Shown here: one piece after another, positions 23,220-34,080 of the stretch
Position numbering within the stretch: the stretch's first letter is position 1
Layout of the letters: each line of letters opens with the position of its first letter
DNA from: Mesotaenium endlicherianum
Taxonomy: Eukaryota
DNA: 41,801 nt
Direction of reading: 5' to 3'
Assembly: GCA_009602735.1 (NCBI GenBank)
Contig: WELA01003597.1
Location: 937,157 to 978,957, forward strand
Made by a program: the position numbers and the translations under genes
The notes under the pieces: model-generated
The model's input: only the letters and a program-made list of their open reading frames with translations
Told to the model about the DNA's origin: nothing
The model's database searches: none

Positions 23220-26200
23220 TCACTATGCATGCCTGACAAACAGATAAAGGAGACCATCAGTAATATAGACGTCCAGAGAGTGCACACTCTGGATGCTCTT
23301 GTTCCACCTGATGTCCAACATTTCTTTGCTACGTCAGGAGAACAATGCGAAAGTCAGGAAAAGACAGTCCCCCCTATCCTACTGCATTGCATGATTGCAG
23401 GTAGGAAGGTGAGGGCATTTGTTGACGGAGGGGCGTCACATACTTTTATTCACAAGGACTTAGTTAAGCGGCTAAGGCTGCCTACTGTCACCCAAGGGAA
23501 TAGAAAAATATTCCTTGGAGATGCCTCAAGTATCCCGGGAGGAGTTATAACCAAGCCTATTGAGGTCCAGTTAGGTTCTGGCATTGCAGTTCTAACTGAA
23601 ACGCTTACATTTGAGGTACTCAACACTGGCTTTTATGATCTCGTGCTAGGCAGGTCCTGGCTTAATAGACATCAAGCTGAAGTGTGTTGGAGCAGAGGTA
23701 CAGTTAAAGTGAGAGGAGCCAGTGATGGGCAGACTGACTTGGCACCCACCAGTGCTCTTCCTCTTGTCCTGTGTGGATGGCAAATGAAGGAAAAGAAGAG
23801 GCTTCCAGAAGGATGCAAGTTGCTGAATGCAATGGAGTTCGTCAAAAGCTGGAACCAGAAGGAAGACAGAATGTTCTGTCTGCTGCTAAGAGAGGTACCT
23901 CCTCAACCTGAAGAAGTGGTTGAGAAAAAGGTAAGCCCTCCGGAGCACCCTACTGCTGCAAAAATTGTTGCTCAGTACACTGATGTGTTTAACATGCCTC
24001 CAGGACTACCCCCTAAAAGGGAAGTAGATCATAGGATTGATCTATTACCTGGTAGCCAGCCACCCTGGCAACGCACTTATGGCTTGTCTTATTTGGAGAG
24101 CGAGGAGTTGAAAACACAGATTGCAGAGCTGGAGGAAAATGGTTACATTTCTCCCAGTAAATCACCGTACGGCGCACCTATCCTATTTGTTAAGAAAAAG
24201 GATGGCAGTATGCGGATGTGTGTGGATTACAGAGCCCTGAACAGAATTACAGTAAAGAACAAGTATGCTTTACCCAGAATCGAGGACTTGCTTGATACCC
24301 TGTCTGGCGCTAAGGTGTTCAGTAAGATAGATCTCAAGAGTGGTTATCATCAAATCAGAATTGCTGAGGGGGATGAACACAAGACTGCTTTCCGCACACG
24401 TTATGGACACTATGAGTTCAACGTGATGCCATTTGGACTGACTAATGCTCCTGCTACCTTTATGGGTGCTATGAATGACATTTTCAGACCTTATTTGGAT
24501 AAGTTTGTGCAAGTTTTCCTGGATGATATTTTAATTTTCTCTAAAGATGAAGCTCAGCACACTGAACACTTAAAGAAAGTGCTGGACACTCTGCGGAAAA
24601 ATCACTTGTATGCTAAAATGAGCAAGTGTGATTTCTTTAAGGAAAGTATTGAATTCTTAGGCCACGTTGTCAGTAAAGAGGGCATCAGTGTGGATCCTAA
24701 GAAAGTCCAGACCATAAGGGACTGGCCAGTACCACAGTCTGTCTCTGAAGTTAGATCCTTCCTCGGGTTGGCTAACTACTATAGGAGATTTATTGAGAAT
24801 TATTCCACAAAGGCCAGTAAACTGACTGACCTTACTAAGAAAGACATCGGGTATGTGTGGGGGGAAGAGCAGCAGGCTGCCTTCCAGACCCTTAAAGATG
24901 CCCTTTGTTCTGCCCCAGTGCTAGCCGTGTATGACCCCAGCAAACCGGTGCAGGTGGTTACTGATGCCTCTGATTTTGCCATGGGTGCTATTTTGTTGCA
25001 GCCTGCTGACAAAACCACAAAGGATGGTAAGGTACGGCAGGAGTGGCATCCTGTGTTGTATGAGTCTATGAAATTTAATCCAGCGGAGATTAATTACTCA
25101 GTGCATGATAAAGAGCTGCTAGCTATCATTCATGTACTCAAACAGTGGAGAGCATACTTACATGGTAAAGCTTTTAAGGTGATTACAGATCATCTAGCTC
25201 TGACCCACTTTCAGAAGAAGTCCAAGCTGTCGAGGAGGGAGAACCGCTGGAGCCAGATGCTGGAGCAGTTCCAAGTCCAGATCGACTACAAACCAGGGAA
25301 GTTGAATCCTGCTGATGCACTCTCTAGAAGACCTGACTTGCAAGAAAGGAACTTTAGTCAGCATGCTGTAGATAAAGTCCTGTGTGCACTCACTTCACTA
25401 AAGGTGAAAAAGTCCTTCCTTGAACAACTTAGGAAAGCCTACCTTTCTGACCCAACATTTGAGCCCAGCCCCACTACTGGTGTGTGTCGTGCTACTGCAC
25501 TCGGGTATAAGCTCAAGGGAGGGGTCTGGGTGACTGAAACCACTTCAGGCAGGCTGAAGCTGGTCATTCCTAATAACTTGGAAATAAGGTCTCTCTTACT
25601 GAGTCAAGCTCATGACAGTCTCCTGGGTGGACATTTGGGGCAGGCCAAAACTGTTGGCAAACTGGCAAAACATTATCATTGGGAGGGGTTACCCCGGGAG
25701 GTCTTGAAATATGTCAAGTCCTGTGACCAGTGTCAGAGAAATAAGTCTCGGCACACACCACCCGGAGGTCTCTTGCAACCGCTACCCATCCCAGCGGGAC
25801 GCTGGGAAACTATATCTATGGACTGGGTGGTCTCACTACCAAGAACTGCCAATGGGCATTATTCAATACTGGTAGTTGTGGATAAACTGACAAAAATGGT
25901 CATTTTTGTCCCCACAACTGTCAAAGTGACTGCGCTCGAAACAGCGAGACAATTTTACAACCATGTAGTATGCCAACATGGGCTACCTACTAATATCATC
26001 TCAGACAAAAACTCAAAATTCACCTCTAAGTTCTGGAGAGCTTTAATGGGGTTAATGGGAGTCAAACAGCTGCTCAGCACAGCAAACCACCCTCAGACTG
26101 ATGGGCAGACTGAAAGAACTAACCGAGTTCTGCAGGAGGTGCTGAGAGCATATATTAACCAAAAACAAGATAATTGGGATGACCTGTTGCCTCAAATTCA

Positions 26201-26915
26201 GTTTGCGGTCAACAGTGCGGTGCACGCGTCAACGGGCAAGACTCCTTTCGAACTCAGCCTGGGTAGAGTCCCTAAGTCCCCTCTAGATGTGCTAGGGGAA
26301 TCTTTAACTCACCCTGAAGGGATTGACAACCCGGTCTCCCTCCAGTTAACTCAGGAGTTTGCTGACACCCTGTCAGAAGTCCAACGAAACTTGCACACGG
26401 CCCAAGAAAACCAACAAAAATACGCTAATCAACACCGTCGGGAACTGACATTTTTCAAGGGAGATTTAGTCAACCTGCATTCTCAGCACCTGTACCTCCC
26501 GGGTGTGGTCAAGAAAAAGCTTGGCCCTGTCTGGGTCGGTCCATATTTGGTGGTCCGTCGTGTCGGTCAGAATGCTTACAAACTGAACATGTCAGCTGAC
26601 TACAAGGGTCACCCGGTCTTTAATGTCTCCTTCCTGGAACCATACATCAAAGGTGATACACTGTTCACAGGTCGGTTACCTGTCCAACCGGGACCGGTCC
26701 CCGCTGTCCGGGACGGCGACCCTGAGGAATATGAGGTCGATGAGATTTTAGACGCTCGCTCGGTCCGTCGATCGTCTAAATATGTCATGAAGTACCTCAT
26801 CCGATGGAAGGGTTACGATGCCTCTGGGGACACTTGGGAATTTAAAGATCAGCTGACCCATGCCAAAGGGGCCTTGAAAGGGTTCCACCTTCCGGCGGCT
26901 GGGGCACCTCCCTAA
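23199..26915 (+). CDS. pol: Pol polyprotein: aspartic protease, reverse transcriptase, RNase H, integrase, chromodomain (frame is open from the slippery site)
   Basis: [106 protein letters not shown]...YLIRWKGY....DTWE. Confidence 0.97.
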   Translation: MGPAELDSLCMPDKQIKETISNIDVQRVHTLDALVPPDVQHFFATSGEQCESQEKTVPPILLHCMIAGRKVRAFVDGGASHTFIHKDLVKRLRLPTVTQGNRKIFLGDASSIPGGVITKPIEVQLGSGIAVLTETLTFEVLNTGFYDLVLGRSWLNRHQAEVCWSRGTVKVRGASDGQTDLAPTSALPLVLCGWQMKEKKRLPEGCKLLNAMEFVKSWNQKEDRMFCLLLREVPPQPEEVVEKKVSPPEHPTAAKIVAQYTDVFNMPPGLPPKREVDHRIDLLPGSQPPWQRTYGLSYLESEELKTQIAELEENGYISPSKSPYGAPILFVKKKDGSMRMCVDYRALNRITVKNKYALPRIEDLLDTLSGAKVFSKIDLKSGYHQIRIAEGDEHKTAFRTRYGHYEFNVMPFGLTNAPATFMGAMNDIFRPYLDKFVQVFLDDILIFSKDEAQHTEHLKKVLDTLRKNHLYAKMSKCDFFKESIEFLGHVVSKEGISVDPKKVQTIRDWPVPQSVSEVRSFLGLANYYRRFIENYSTKASKLTDLTKKDIGYVWGEEQQAAFQTLKDALCSAPVLAVYDPSKPVQVVTDASDFAMGAILLQPADKTTKDGKVRQEWHPVLYESMKFNPAEINYSVHDKELLAIIHVLKQWRAYLHGKAFKVITDHLALTHFQKKSKLSRRENRWSQMLEQFQVQIDYKPGKLNPADALSRRPDLQERNFSQHAVDKVLCALTSLKVKKSFLEQLRKAYLSDPTFEPSPTTGVCRATALGYKLKGGVWVTETTSGRLKLVIPNNLEIRSLLLSQAHDSLLGGHLGQAKTVGKLAKHYHWEGLPREVLKYVKSCDQCQRNKSRHTPPGGLLQPLPIPAGRWETISMDWVVSLPRTANGHYSILVVVDKLTKMVIFVPTTVKVTALETARQFYNHVVCQHGLPTNIISDKNSKFTSKFWRALMGLMGVKQLLSTANHPQTDGQTERTNRVLQEVLRAYINQKQDNWDDLLPQIQFAVNSAVHASTGKTPFELSLGRVPKSPLDVLGESLTHPEGIDNPVSLQLTQEFADTLSEVQRNLHTAQENQQKYANQHRRELTFFKGDLVNLHSQHLYLPGVVKKKLGPVWVGPYLVVRRVGQNAYKLNMSADYKGHPVFNVSFLEPYIKGDTLFTGRLPVQPGPVPAVRDGDPEEYEVDEILDARSVRRSSKYVMKYLIRWKGYDASGDTWEFKDQLTHAKGALKGFHLPAAGAPP

Positions 26916-27235
26916 CAGTCATTTCAGTTGACACGGGAAGGTGACGAGAGATCCTGTCTCCATATAAGTTGGAGGAAGATGTGACAGTTAGTGACAGTTG
27001 TGACAGGCAGCCCACCTTTAAATTTAAGTTGGAGGGAGTGGTAGTCTCTGATCACCATATTACCCACTCAACCTGCGCTCACACTCACTTGCTCTCCAAA
27101 ATTTTCCTTATAGTCGCTCACACCAGGTATTCCACTCTAGGAACTCTCCCGATCGCGTCCCTCTTCATCAAGGGCACTCAGTAGCGGCAAAATATCATGA
27201 CTTCACTAACTGCATTGTGTTTATGATTGAGCAGG

Positions 27236-28903
27236 ATGACTCAAAAGTCGGAACTCAAGAGGAAGCGCAGGGCGGAAGAGGCACATGCAGATTACTTGCA
27301 ATTCCGTGGAGACATCGAATCATCTTCCATCACCGCTCGGGAATCACAACGACTCCAACAACAGCGGGAGGCACAGAAGAAGAAGGAGGAGGAGGAACAG
27401 GCCAGACTGAGGCAGGAAGAAATGGACAGAAAAGCTGCAGAGGAGGCTAAGAAAGCAGAGAAGGAGAGGCAAGCTGAGGAGAAGCGGAAGCAGCACGCTG
27501 AAGAAGAAGAACAGAGGAGAATCAGCAGCTACCGCTACACGGTGCTGGGCAAGGGCTTTGATCTACTGGAGGAGGCCTTCAAGTATGCCCAGAGAAGTCG
27601 CAGTGAGTCGCAGAAGGAAATCCTCCAGAAGGAAGGGGAGACATCCGAAAACTTTGACAAGTATATAGAGGTCGGCACAGGGCTCCTCCTCTACCACGAT
27701 TACGCAAGGATGGTAGGATATACCATCGGAGAGGCCAAGACAATGGCCCAGGTGAACGAAGCAGGAGCGGTCTCGATTCCTGGTATCTGGGGGATAGATA
27801 GGGTCATCAAGATGATCCCCATGGACGCGGACAGCTTCAAGGACTCAACACCCCACAACAGGTTCAAGGCCATGTACAATGAGGTGGAGAGGAGGAGCTG
27901 GGAATTCTTGGCCAGAGAAACCAGTCAGCTGGACTTCGCAGGGCACTGGTACCCTTGTACTCTAAAAAAGACAGACGCTGCCTTCTTCCAAAAGCCCACT
28001 GATTGGCGGTGGATGACCATCAACATGAGGGACCAGCAGAATGACAGGGCGACGGATGAGGATTTCCTGACAGACCTAAACGGGAACATAGTATTGCCCC
28101 CTCACATTGCGGCTTGGGATCCAAGATTGGATGGAGTCAGAGACTGCATGAGCCAAGAGATGCAGGGGGACAGAAGCAGGGCCCGAGAGTCATTCTCCAA
28201 AGGGAAGCACGCTTATGCCAAATGGGCAAGCAAGCAAGGGGAAAAGGACCTCTATGTGGTCCGGACTCAGCAGCCCCCACCAACACCCAAAAGGGGAAGG
28301 TCAGTAGGATATTCTTTTTCTCGGGAGGAGCTGGAGCAGCGAACAGAGGAGACCCCAGAAGTCTTAGAGGAACCCGGGGACGGCAAGGAGGCGGAGTCGG
28401 AGGAAGACGAGGAGGAAGGCGAGGAGGAGGACACTAGCCCCGCCGTGATCCTAACACCTCCCACATCCCCTGTAAGGGAGAAGACGGGGTGGGCCCCGCC
28501 GCAACTCGCTCAAGAGGAGGATATCACTTGGCTGGGGACTGCCAGAGGACAAAGCCCATCTGCAGGCAAGGAGACCCAGTCAGACAGGGCAGACAGGAGG
28601 GCTGCTCGGGAGATAGCCAGGGGTCTGCCAGCATCTCCCTCGCAGAGAGGGCATGTACCCTTGGCTCATGTCATGCAACATCCTTCCGGGATGCCGGTAT
28701 ATGTACCTGTCAGTTTGAGGGCTGCCCAGGAGAAGGCTGCCTCCCCTCAGCTTCAGACTGTGCAGGAGGAAACAGCCCAGTTACTGCGTTCTCCGCCGGG
28801 TACTTACACGGAACCCCCTTCTTTGACAGGCTTCAAAAGACCCCAAGACAGGAGGAGGTCTGGCTCCCCTGAGCATAGGGCCTCAGGAGCATCTCCCTCC
28901 TAA
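27236..28903 (+). CDS. Extra sense ORF3 of the retrotransposon, 555 aa, unknown function
   Basis: Uninterrupted ORF between the pol stop and the PPT. KRKRR basic motif, E/K/R coiled coil, Trp-rich globular core, acidic and S/P-rich tail. Homologues at 32422-34080 and 30747-31554. Confidence 0.85.
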   Translation: MTQKSELKRKRRAEEAHADYLQFRGDIESSSITARESQRLQQQREAQKKKEEEEQARLRQEEMDRKAAEEAKKAEKERQAEEKRKQHAEEEEQRRISSYRYTVLGKGFDLLEEAFKYAQRSRSESQKEILQKEGETSENFDKYIEVGTGLLLYHDYARMVGYTIGEAKTMAQVNEAGAVSIPGIWGIDRVIKMIPMDADSFKDSTPHNRFKAMYNEVERRSWEFLARETSQLDFAGHWYPCTLKKTDAAFFQKPTDWRWMTINMRDQQNDRATDEDFLTDLNGNIVLPPHIAAWDPRLDGVRDCMSQEMQGDRSRARESFSKGKHAYAKWASKQGEKDLYVVRTQQPPPTPKRGRSVGYSFSREELEQRTEETPEVLEEPGDGKEAESEEDEEEGEEEDTSPAVILTPPTSPVREKTGWAPPQLAQEEDITWLGTARGQSPSAGKETQSDRADRRAAREIARGLPASPSQRGHVPLAHVMQHPSGMPVYVPVSLRAAQEKAASPQLQTVQEETAQLLRSPPGTYTEPPSLTGFKRPQDRRRSGSPEHRASGASPS

Positions 28904-28975
28904 GGGCAGCAGGCTGGAGATAAGAGGGACAGCACGCTGTTATTAGTGATAGTGTTGTCGAGGCGACAACATGAT

Positions 28976-28988
28976 AAGTTGGAGGGAT
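28976..28988 (+). other. Polypurine tract
   Basis: AAGTTGGAGGGAT immediately before the TG of LTR3; equivalent motifs precede the two minus-strand 3' LTRs. Confidence 0.8.
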
Positions 28989-29709
28989 TGTAATGAATCA
29001 GTATACTGGTTGATATAATATTCATTTAAATAATATAGTTAAATAAGTTCAACCTGCTGAACTCTAGTTAACAATCAGTCTGCTGGACTTTATACTCAAT
29101 ATCAGTTTAATGACTTGGCCGGAAGTAGCAGGCTGAGGTCACCTTAAGTCAGCTTGCTGACACATTCTTTGACAGCCAGCTGACTTCCGTACTCGGTAGC
29201 AGCGAACTGCCTCGATATGCATCTAAGTGTGGTATGCTAGATGAATGGCCAGATGACATCCCTATGATGGGTGGCGATTCGGGATGATGGGAGATGGCGG
29301 TGGATTTGGTTAACCAAGGTCCTACCAACGTGGTTAACTCCCGGGTAGGCGGTGCCATCGCACTGACCGTTGAACAGTAAACTCATTCCATGTACATACG
29401 CTAGACATTGCTCTCGGGTTCGGCATTCGGAGACGAGGCCAACTGTCTTGTACAGCTTACTGAGAGAGATCTGAATCCAAGGCGAGAAGCCATTGATACG
29501 CACTGTCTTCTAACCTTGCTTATGTATGAGTTTATTGATTTGCATCATTGATGCTAGTTTACTTGCATTTGACTGGCGAGTATTGTCCACTGCTAGTGTG
29601 TTGTCTTTTGCTGTTTAATTAATTCACAGGAAATACCATAAAGATTACTTGCTGATATAAAGATCTTCATTAATTGTTAATCGTCTTCTTAGTAAGTCGC
29701 TTCATTTCA
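28989..29709 (+). repeat. LTR3 (3' LTR)
   Basis: TGTAATGAATC...TTCATTTCA after the PPT. Confidence 0.92.
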
Positions 29710-29791
29710 CCTCCAGAGGTTAATACTTCCTTAACTCCTCGCCCCTATCTCTCTTAAATTTCCGAAGTGGATACTTTCTCAGTTGCCTGCC

Positions 29792-31554
29792 TGAAATGAA
29801 TTGACTTACGAATAAACAAATAATAATTAATAAAAGATCTTTATATCAACAAGCAATCTTTATGGTATTGTCGATTAACTGATTTAACCCGCGAAAGACG
29901 ATAAACTAGCAATGAATAATACTCGCAAGTCAAATGCAAGTAAACTAGCATCAATGATGCAATCAGTTTACTCATACATAAGCAAGGCTAGAATACAGTG
30001 CATATCAATGGCTTCTCGCCTTGGATCCAGATATCTCTCGGTAAGCAGTACGAGAGAGTTGGCCTCGTTTCCGAAGGCCGAACTTGAGGGCAATGTCTAG
30101 TATATGTACATGGAATGAGTTTACTGTTCAACGGCCAGTGCGATGGCACCGCCTACCCGGGAGTTAACCACGTTGGTAGGACCTCGGTTAACCAAATCCA
30201 CCGCCATCTCCCATAATCCCGAATCGCCATCCATCCTAAGGATGTCATCTGGCCATTCATCCAGCACACCACACTTAGATGCATATCTAGGCAGTTTGTT
30301 GCTACCGAGTACGAAAGTCAGCTGGCTGTCAAAGATTGTGTCAGCAAGCTGACCTAAGTTGACTTCAACCTGCTGCTCCCTGCTGAGTCATTAAACTGAC
30401 TATTTTATAAAGTCCAGCAGACTCAATATTAACTAAAGTTTAGCAGGCTGGACTTATTTAATTATTGTAATTAAATAAATATGATATATATCAAAATAAT
30501 GATTCATTACGATTCCTCCTACTTAAATTGTTGTTGCCTCGACAACATTAAACTGTAGAGCTATGTGTTCAGGACTCTAACATTACTAATCTTCCCACCG
30601 CCTGCCTCTTGCTTCAACACTGTTGCCTAGCTGTGGGGATCACTAGTGACGGTAAACTGTCACCTCCACCCTTAGTCCACTTCCGTTTGTGGAGTGCAAG
30701 CAGAGAGACCTCCAGCAAAGGCTTGACTGGAGGATGGTTTTGAGATCTAGGGAGATGTTCCTTGGGCTCCTGGATCAGGAGACTGAAATTTGGACCTAGA
30801 TCGAGACAGCCCTCTAGGTTTGTGAGCTGGCGTCCTAAAGAACCCTGTTTGTTCTAATGTTGGACTACGAGGAAGACGAAGGATTGCAGCCTGCTCTTCG
30901 ACCACCTAGATGTTAATCCGCACATAGACAGGCAACCGAATAGAATGTTGGAACACATTGGCAAGGAGAACATGTTCTCGACCGAAGGGGATGGCCAGCA
31001 TACCATTGGTTACACCGCGTGTTCCCCTTCTGGGAACTCTGTCCTCTAGGAATTTTTGCCTTTCTCTGCTGCCAAGTACAGTCAGATCAGCTTCTTCCCC
31101 TGCCTGAACAGGTGGGCTGGGAGACCGAGCGCGAGGTCCTGCTTCCGCTACAGTAGGGGTCACAGTCCATCCACCTGCTCTTGCCTCCCTAAAAGTCCTT
31201 GCTTCTGCCTACCCCTGGATCTCCTGAGCTCCAACGATTGATGCCTCTCCCCTTCCCTGTTCTTCTTCCTCATCCTCCTTATCTTCCTCCTCTGATAGAG
31301 TAGGGGTCTTGTCCACCAAGTCATCCTGCTCTCTAGTAGACATGGAAAAATCTACTGACCTCCCTTTTTTGGGACGAGCTGGAGGTTGCTTAGCCTTCAG
31401 CTTGTTGATCTCTATCCCGCCTGCATTCTTTGCCCGTTTGACAAAGGCATGCTTCTCCTTAGAGAAGTGATCTCTTCCTCTCTTCCTGTGCTCCTTAGTT
31501 TCCGCATTCATGTTACTCAGGCATCCATTAAGCCTGGGGTCCCAAGGGGCAATG
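29792..31554 (-). mobile_element. 3' remnant of an older family member (element D): 3' LTR 29792-30511, PPT, and diverged ORF3 tail
   Basis: Reverse-complement LTR, PPT TAAGTAGGAGGAAT, ORF3-like translation; interrupted at 31555 by element C. Confidence 0.82.
30747..31554 (-). pseudogene. Diverged ORF3 homologue (C-terminal half, with stops)
   Basis: IAPWDPRLNG..., FSKEKHAF.K.A, QPP..PKKGRSV.FS, HVLLANVFQH..LPVYV, ...GAQGTSP* align by eye to ORF3. Confidence 0.8.
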
Positions 31555-32421
31555 TGAAATGAATCGACTTACCAAATAGACAATTAACAATTAGTTAAGA
31601 TCTTTATATCAACAAGTAATCTCTATGGTAGTTTCTGTTAATTGATTAAACAGCAAAGGACAACACACTAGCAGTGGACAATACTCGCCAGTCAAATGCA
31701 AGTAAACTAGCATCAATAATGCAATTTGTAAACTCATACATAAGCAAGGCTAGAAGATAGTGCATATCAATGGCTTCTCGCCTTGGATCCAGATATCTCT
31801 CAGTAAGCAGTACAAGAGAGTTGGCCTCGTTTCCGAATGCCGAACTCGAGAGCAATCCTAGCATATGTACATGGAATGGATTTACTGTTTAACGGCCAGT
31901 GTGATGGCACCGCCTACCCGGGAATTAACCACGCTGGCAGGACCTCGGTTAACCAAATCCACCACCATCTCCCATCATCCCGAATCGCCATCCATCCTAA
32001 GGATGTCATCTGGCCATTCATCTAGCATATCACACTTAGATGCTTGACTAGGCAGTTCGCTGCTACCGAGTACGGAAGTCAGCTGGCTGTCAAAGAATGT
32101 GTCAGCAAGCTGACCTAAATTGACTTCAGCCTGCTGCTCCCGGCTGAGTCATTAAATTGATTATTTTGTAAAGACCAGCAGACTCGATATTACTTATTTA
32201 ACTATTACATTTAAATGAATATTATATCTACGAATATACTGATTCATTACTATCCCTCCAACTTAACAGGTTGTCGCCTCGACAACACTAATACTAACAC
32301 TGGGTTCCTCTAGCTGAAAGTGCTGATCTGACTCTCAACACCTTTTGCTTCAACACTGATACCAAACGGTGGGGACCCCTCGTAACAGTGTGCTGTCCCT
32401 TTGGCCCTCAGCATACTGCCA

Positions 32422-34080
32422 TCAGAAGGGAGATGTCCCTTGGGCCCTATGGTCAGGGGAGCCAGACCTCCTCCTGCTTTGGAGTCTCCTGAAGCCTGGG
32501 GGATCCGCGTACGGGCCCCGCGGAGAACGCAGTAACTGGGCTGTTTCCTCCTGCACCGTCTGAAATTGAAGGGAGGCAGCCTTCTCCTGGGCAGCCCTCA
32601 AACTGACAGGTACATATACCGGCATCTTAGAAGGATGTTGCATTACTTGAGCCAAGGGCACATGCCCTTTCTGCGAGGGAGATGTTGGCAGGCCTCTGGC
32701 TATTTCTCTAGCAGCCGTCCTGTTTACCCTGTCCGACTAAGTCTCCGTGCCTGCAGATGGGCTTTGTCCTCTGGCAGTTCCCAGCCAAGTGATATCTTCC
32801 TCTTCAGCGAGCTGATGCAAGGCCAACCCAGTCTTTTCCCTTACAGGGGATGTGGGAGGTGTCAGGATCACAGCGGGGCTAGTGTACTCCTTCTCGCCTT
32901 CCTCTTCATCTTCCTCTGACCCCTCCTCCTCTTCTTCCCCTGGTTCCTCTGAGACTGCTGGGGTCTCTTCTGTCAGCTGCTCCAGCTCTCCTCGAGAAAA
33001 AGAATATTCCAGTGACCTTCCTCTTTTGGCTGCTGGAGGGGGCTGTTGAGTCCAGACCGCACACAGGTTCTTTTCTCCCTGCTTGCTTGCCCATTTGGCA
33101 TAAGCGTGCTTCCCTTGAGAGAATGACTCGCGAGCCCTGCTCCTGTCCTCCTGCATTTCTTGGCTCATGCAGTCTCTTACTCCATCCAGTCTTGGGTCCC
33201 AAGCTGCAATATGAGGAGGCAACATTATGTTCCCCTGTAGGTTCGTTAGGAAGTCTTCCTCCCTTGCCTTGTCTTTTTGCTGGTCCCACATGTTGATGAT
33301 CATCCATCGCCAATCGGTGGGTTTCTGGAAGAAGGCAGGGTTTGTCCTTTTCAGAGTACAAGGGTACCAGTGCCCTGCAAAGTCCGGCTGACTAATTTCC
33401 CTTGCCAAAAATTCCGAGCTTCTTCTCTCCACCTCAATACACATGGCCTTGAACCTGTTATGGGATGTAGAGTCCTTAAAGCTGTCCGCGTCCATAGGGA
33501 TCATCCTGATAACTCTATCTTTTCCCCAGATAATCGGAATCGATACAGCTCCTGCTTCATTCACCTGGGCCATTGCCTTGGCCTCTCTGACCGTATATCC
33601 TACCAACCTGGCATTATCGTGGTAGAGGAGGAGTCGTGTGCTGACCTCTATATACTTGTCAAAGTTTTCAGATGTCTCCCCTTCCCTCTGCAGGATGACC
33701 TGCTGCGCCTCACTGCGACTTCTCTGGGCATACTTGAAGGCCTCCTCCACTAGATCAAAGCCCTTGCCCAGCACTATGTAGCGGTAGCTGCTGATTCTCC
33801 TCTGTCCTTCTTCTTCAGCCTGCTGCTTCCGTCTCTCCTCAGCTTGCCTCTCCTCTTCCGCCTTCTTGGCCTCCTCTGCAGCTTTTCTGTCCAGTACTTC
33901 CCGCCTTAGCCTGGCCCGTTCCTCCTCCTCCTTCTTCTTCTATGCCTCCCGCTGTTGTTGGAGTCGTTGTGATTTCCGAGCGGAGATGGAGGCTGATTCG
34001 ATGTCGCCACGGAATTGCAAGTATTTTGCATGTGCCTCTTCCGCTCTTCTCTTCCTCTTAAGTTCCGACTTGTGAGTCAT
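32422..34080 (-). pseudogene. ORF3 copy of element C with premature CAG>TAG stops (~33941, ~32737)
   Basis: Highly similar to 27236-28903 (e.g. AGHWYPCTLK..AFFQKPTDWRWM, PPHIAAWDPRLDGVRDCMSQEMQ). Confidence 0.9.

Larger units (their letters stand above)
19544..29709 (+). mobile_element. Ty3/Gypsy chromovirus, three-LTR structure: LTR1-PBS-5'gag-LTR2-PBS-gag-pol-ORF3-PPT-LTR3
   Basis: LTRs 19544-20264, 20890-21609, 28989-29709 (TG...CA). Outer flanks TCTCC / CCTCC, a probable 5-bp TSD with one mismatch. Domain order PR-RT-RH-IN-chromodomain. Two N gaps in gag. Confidence 0.85.

Noticed and set aside
24517..24528. RT motif FLDD instead of YxDD
   Set aside because: F at this position is common in plant chromovirus RTs (e.g. 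FIDD); not unusual
27236..28903. ORF3 as an envelope gene
   Set aside because: No signal peptide, hydrophobic TM segment or fusion-peptide-like stretch
32356..32364. PBS-like TGGTATCAG on the minus strand in the 3' UTR of element C
   Set aside because: Only 9 nt, not adjacent to an LTR end, absent from the other copies
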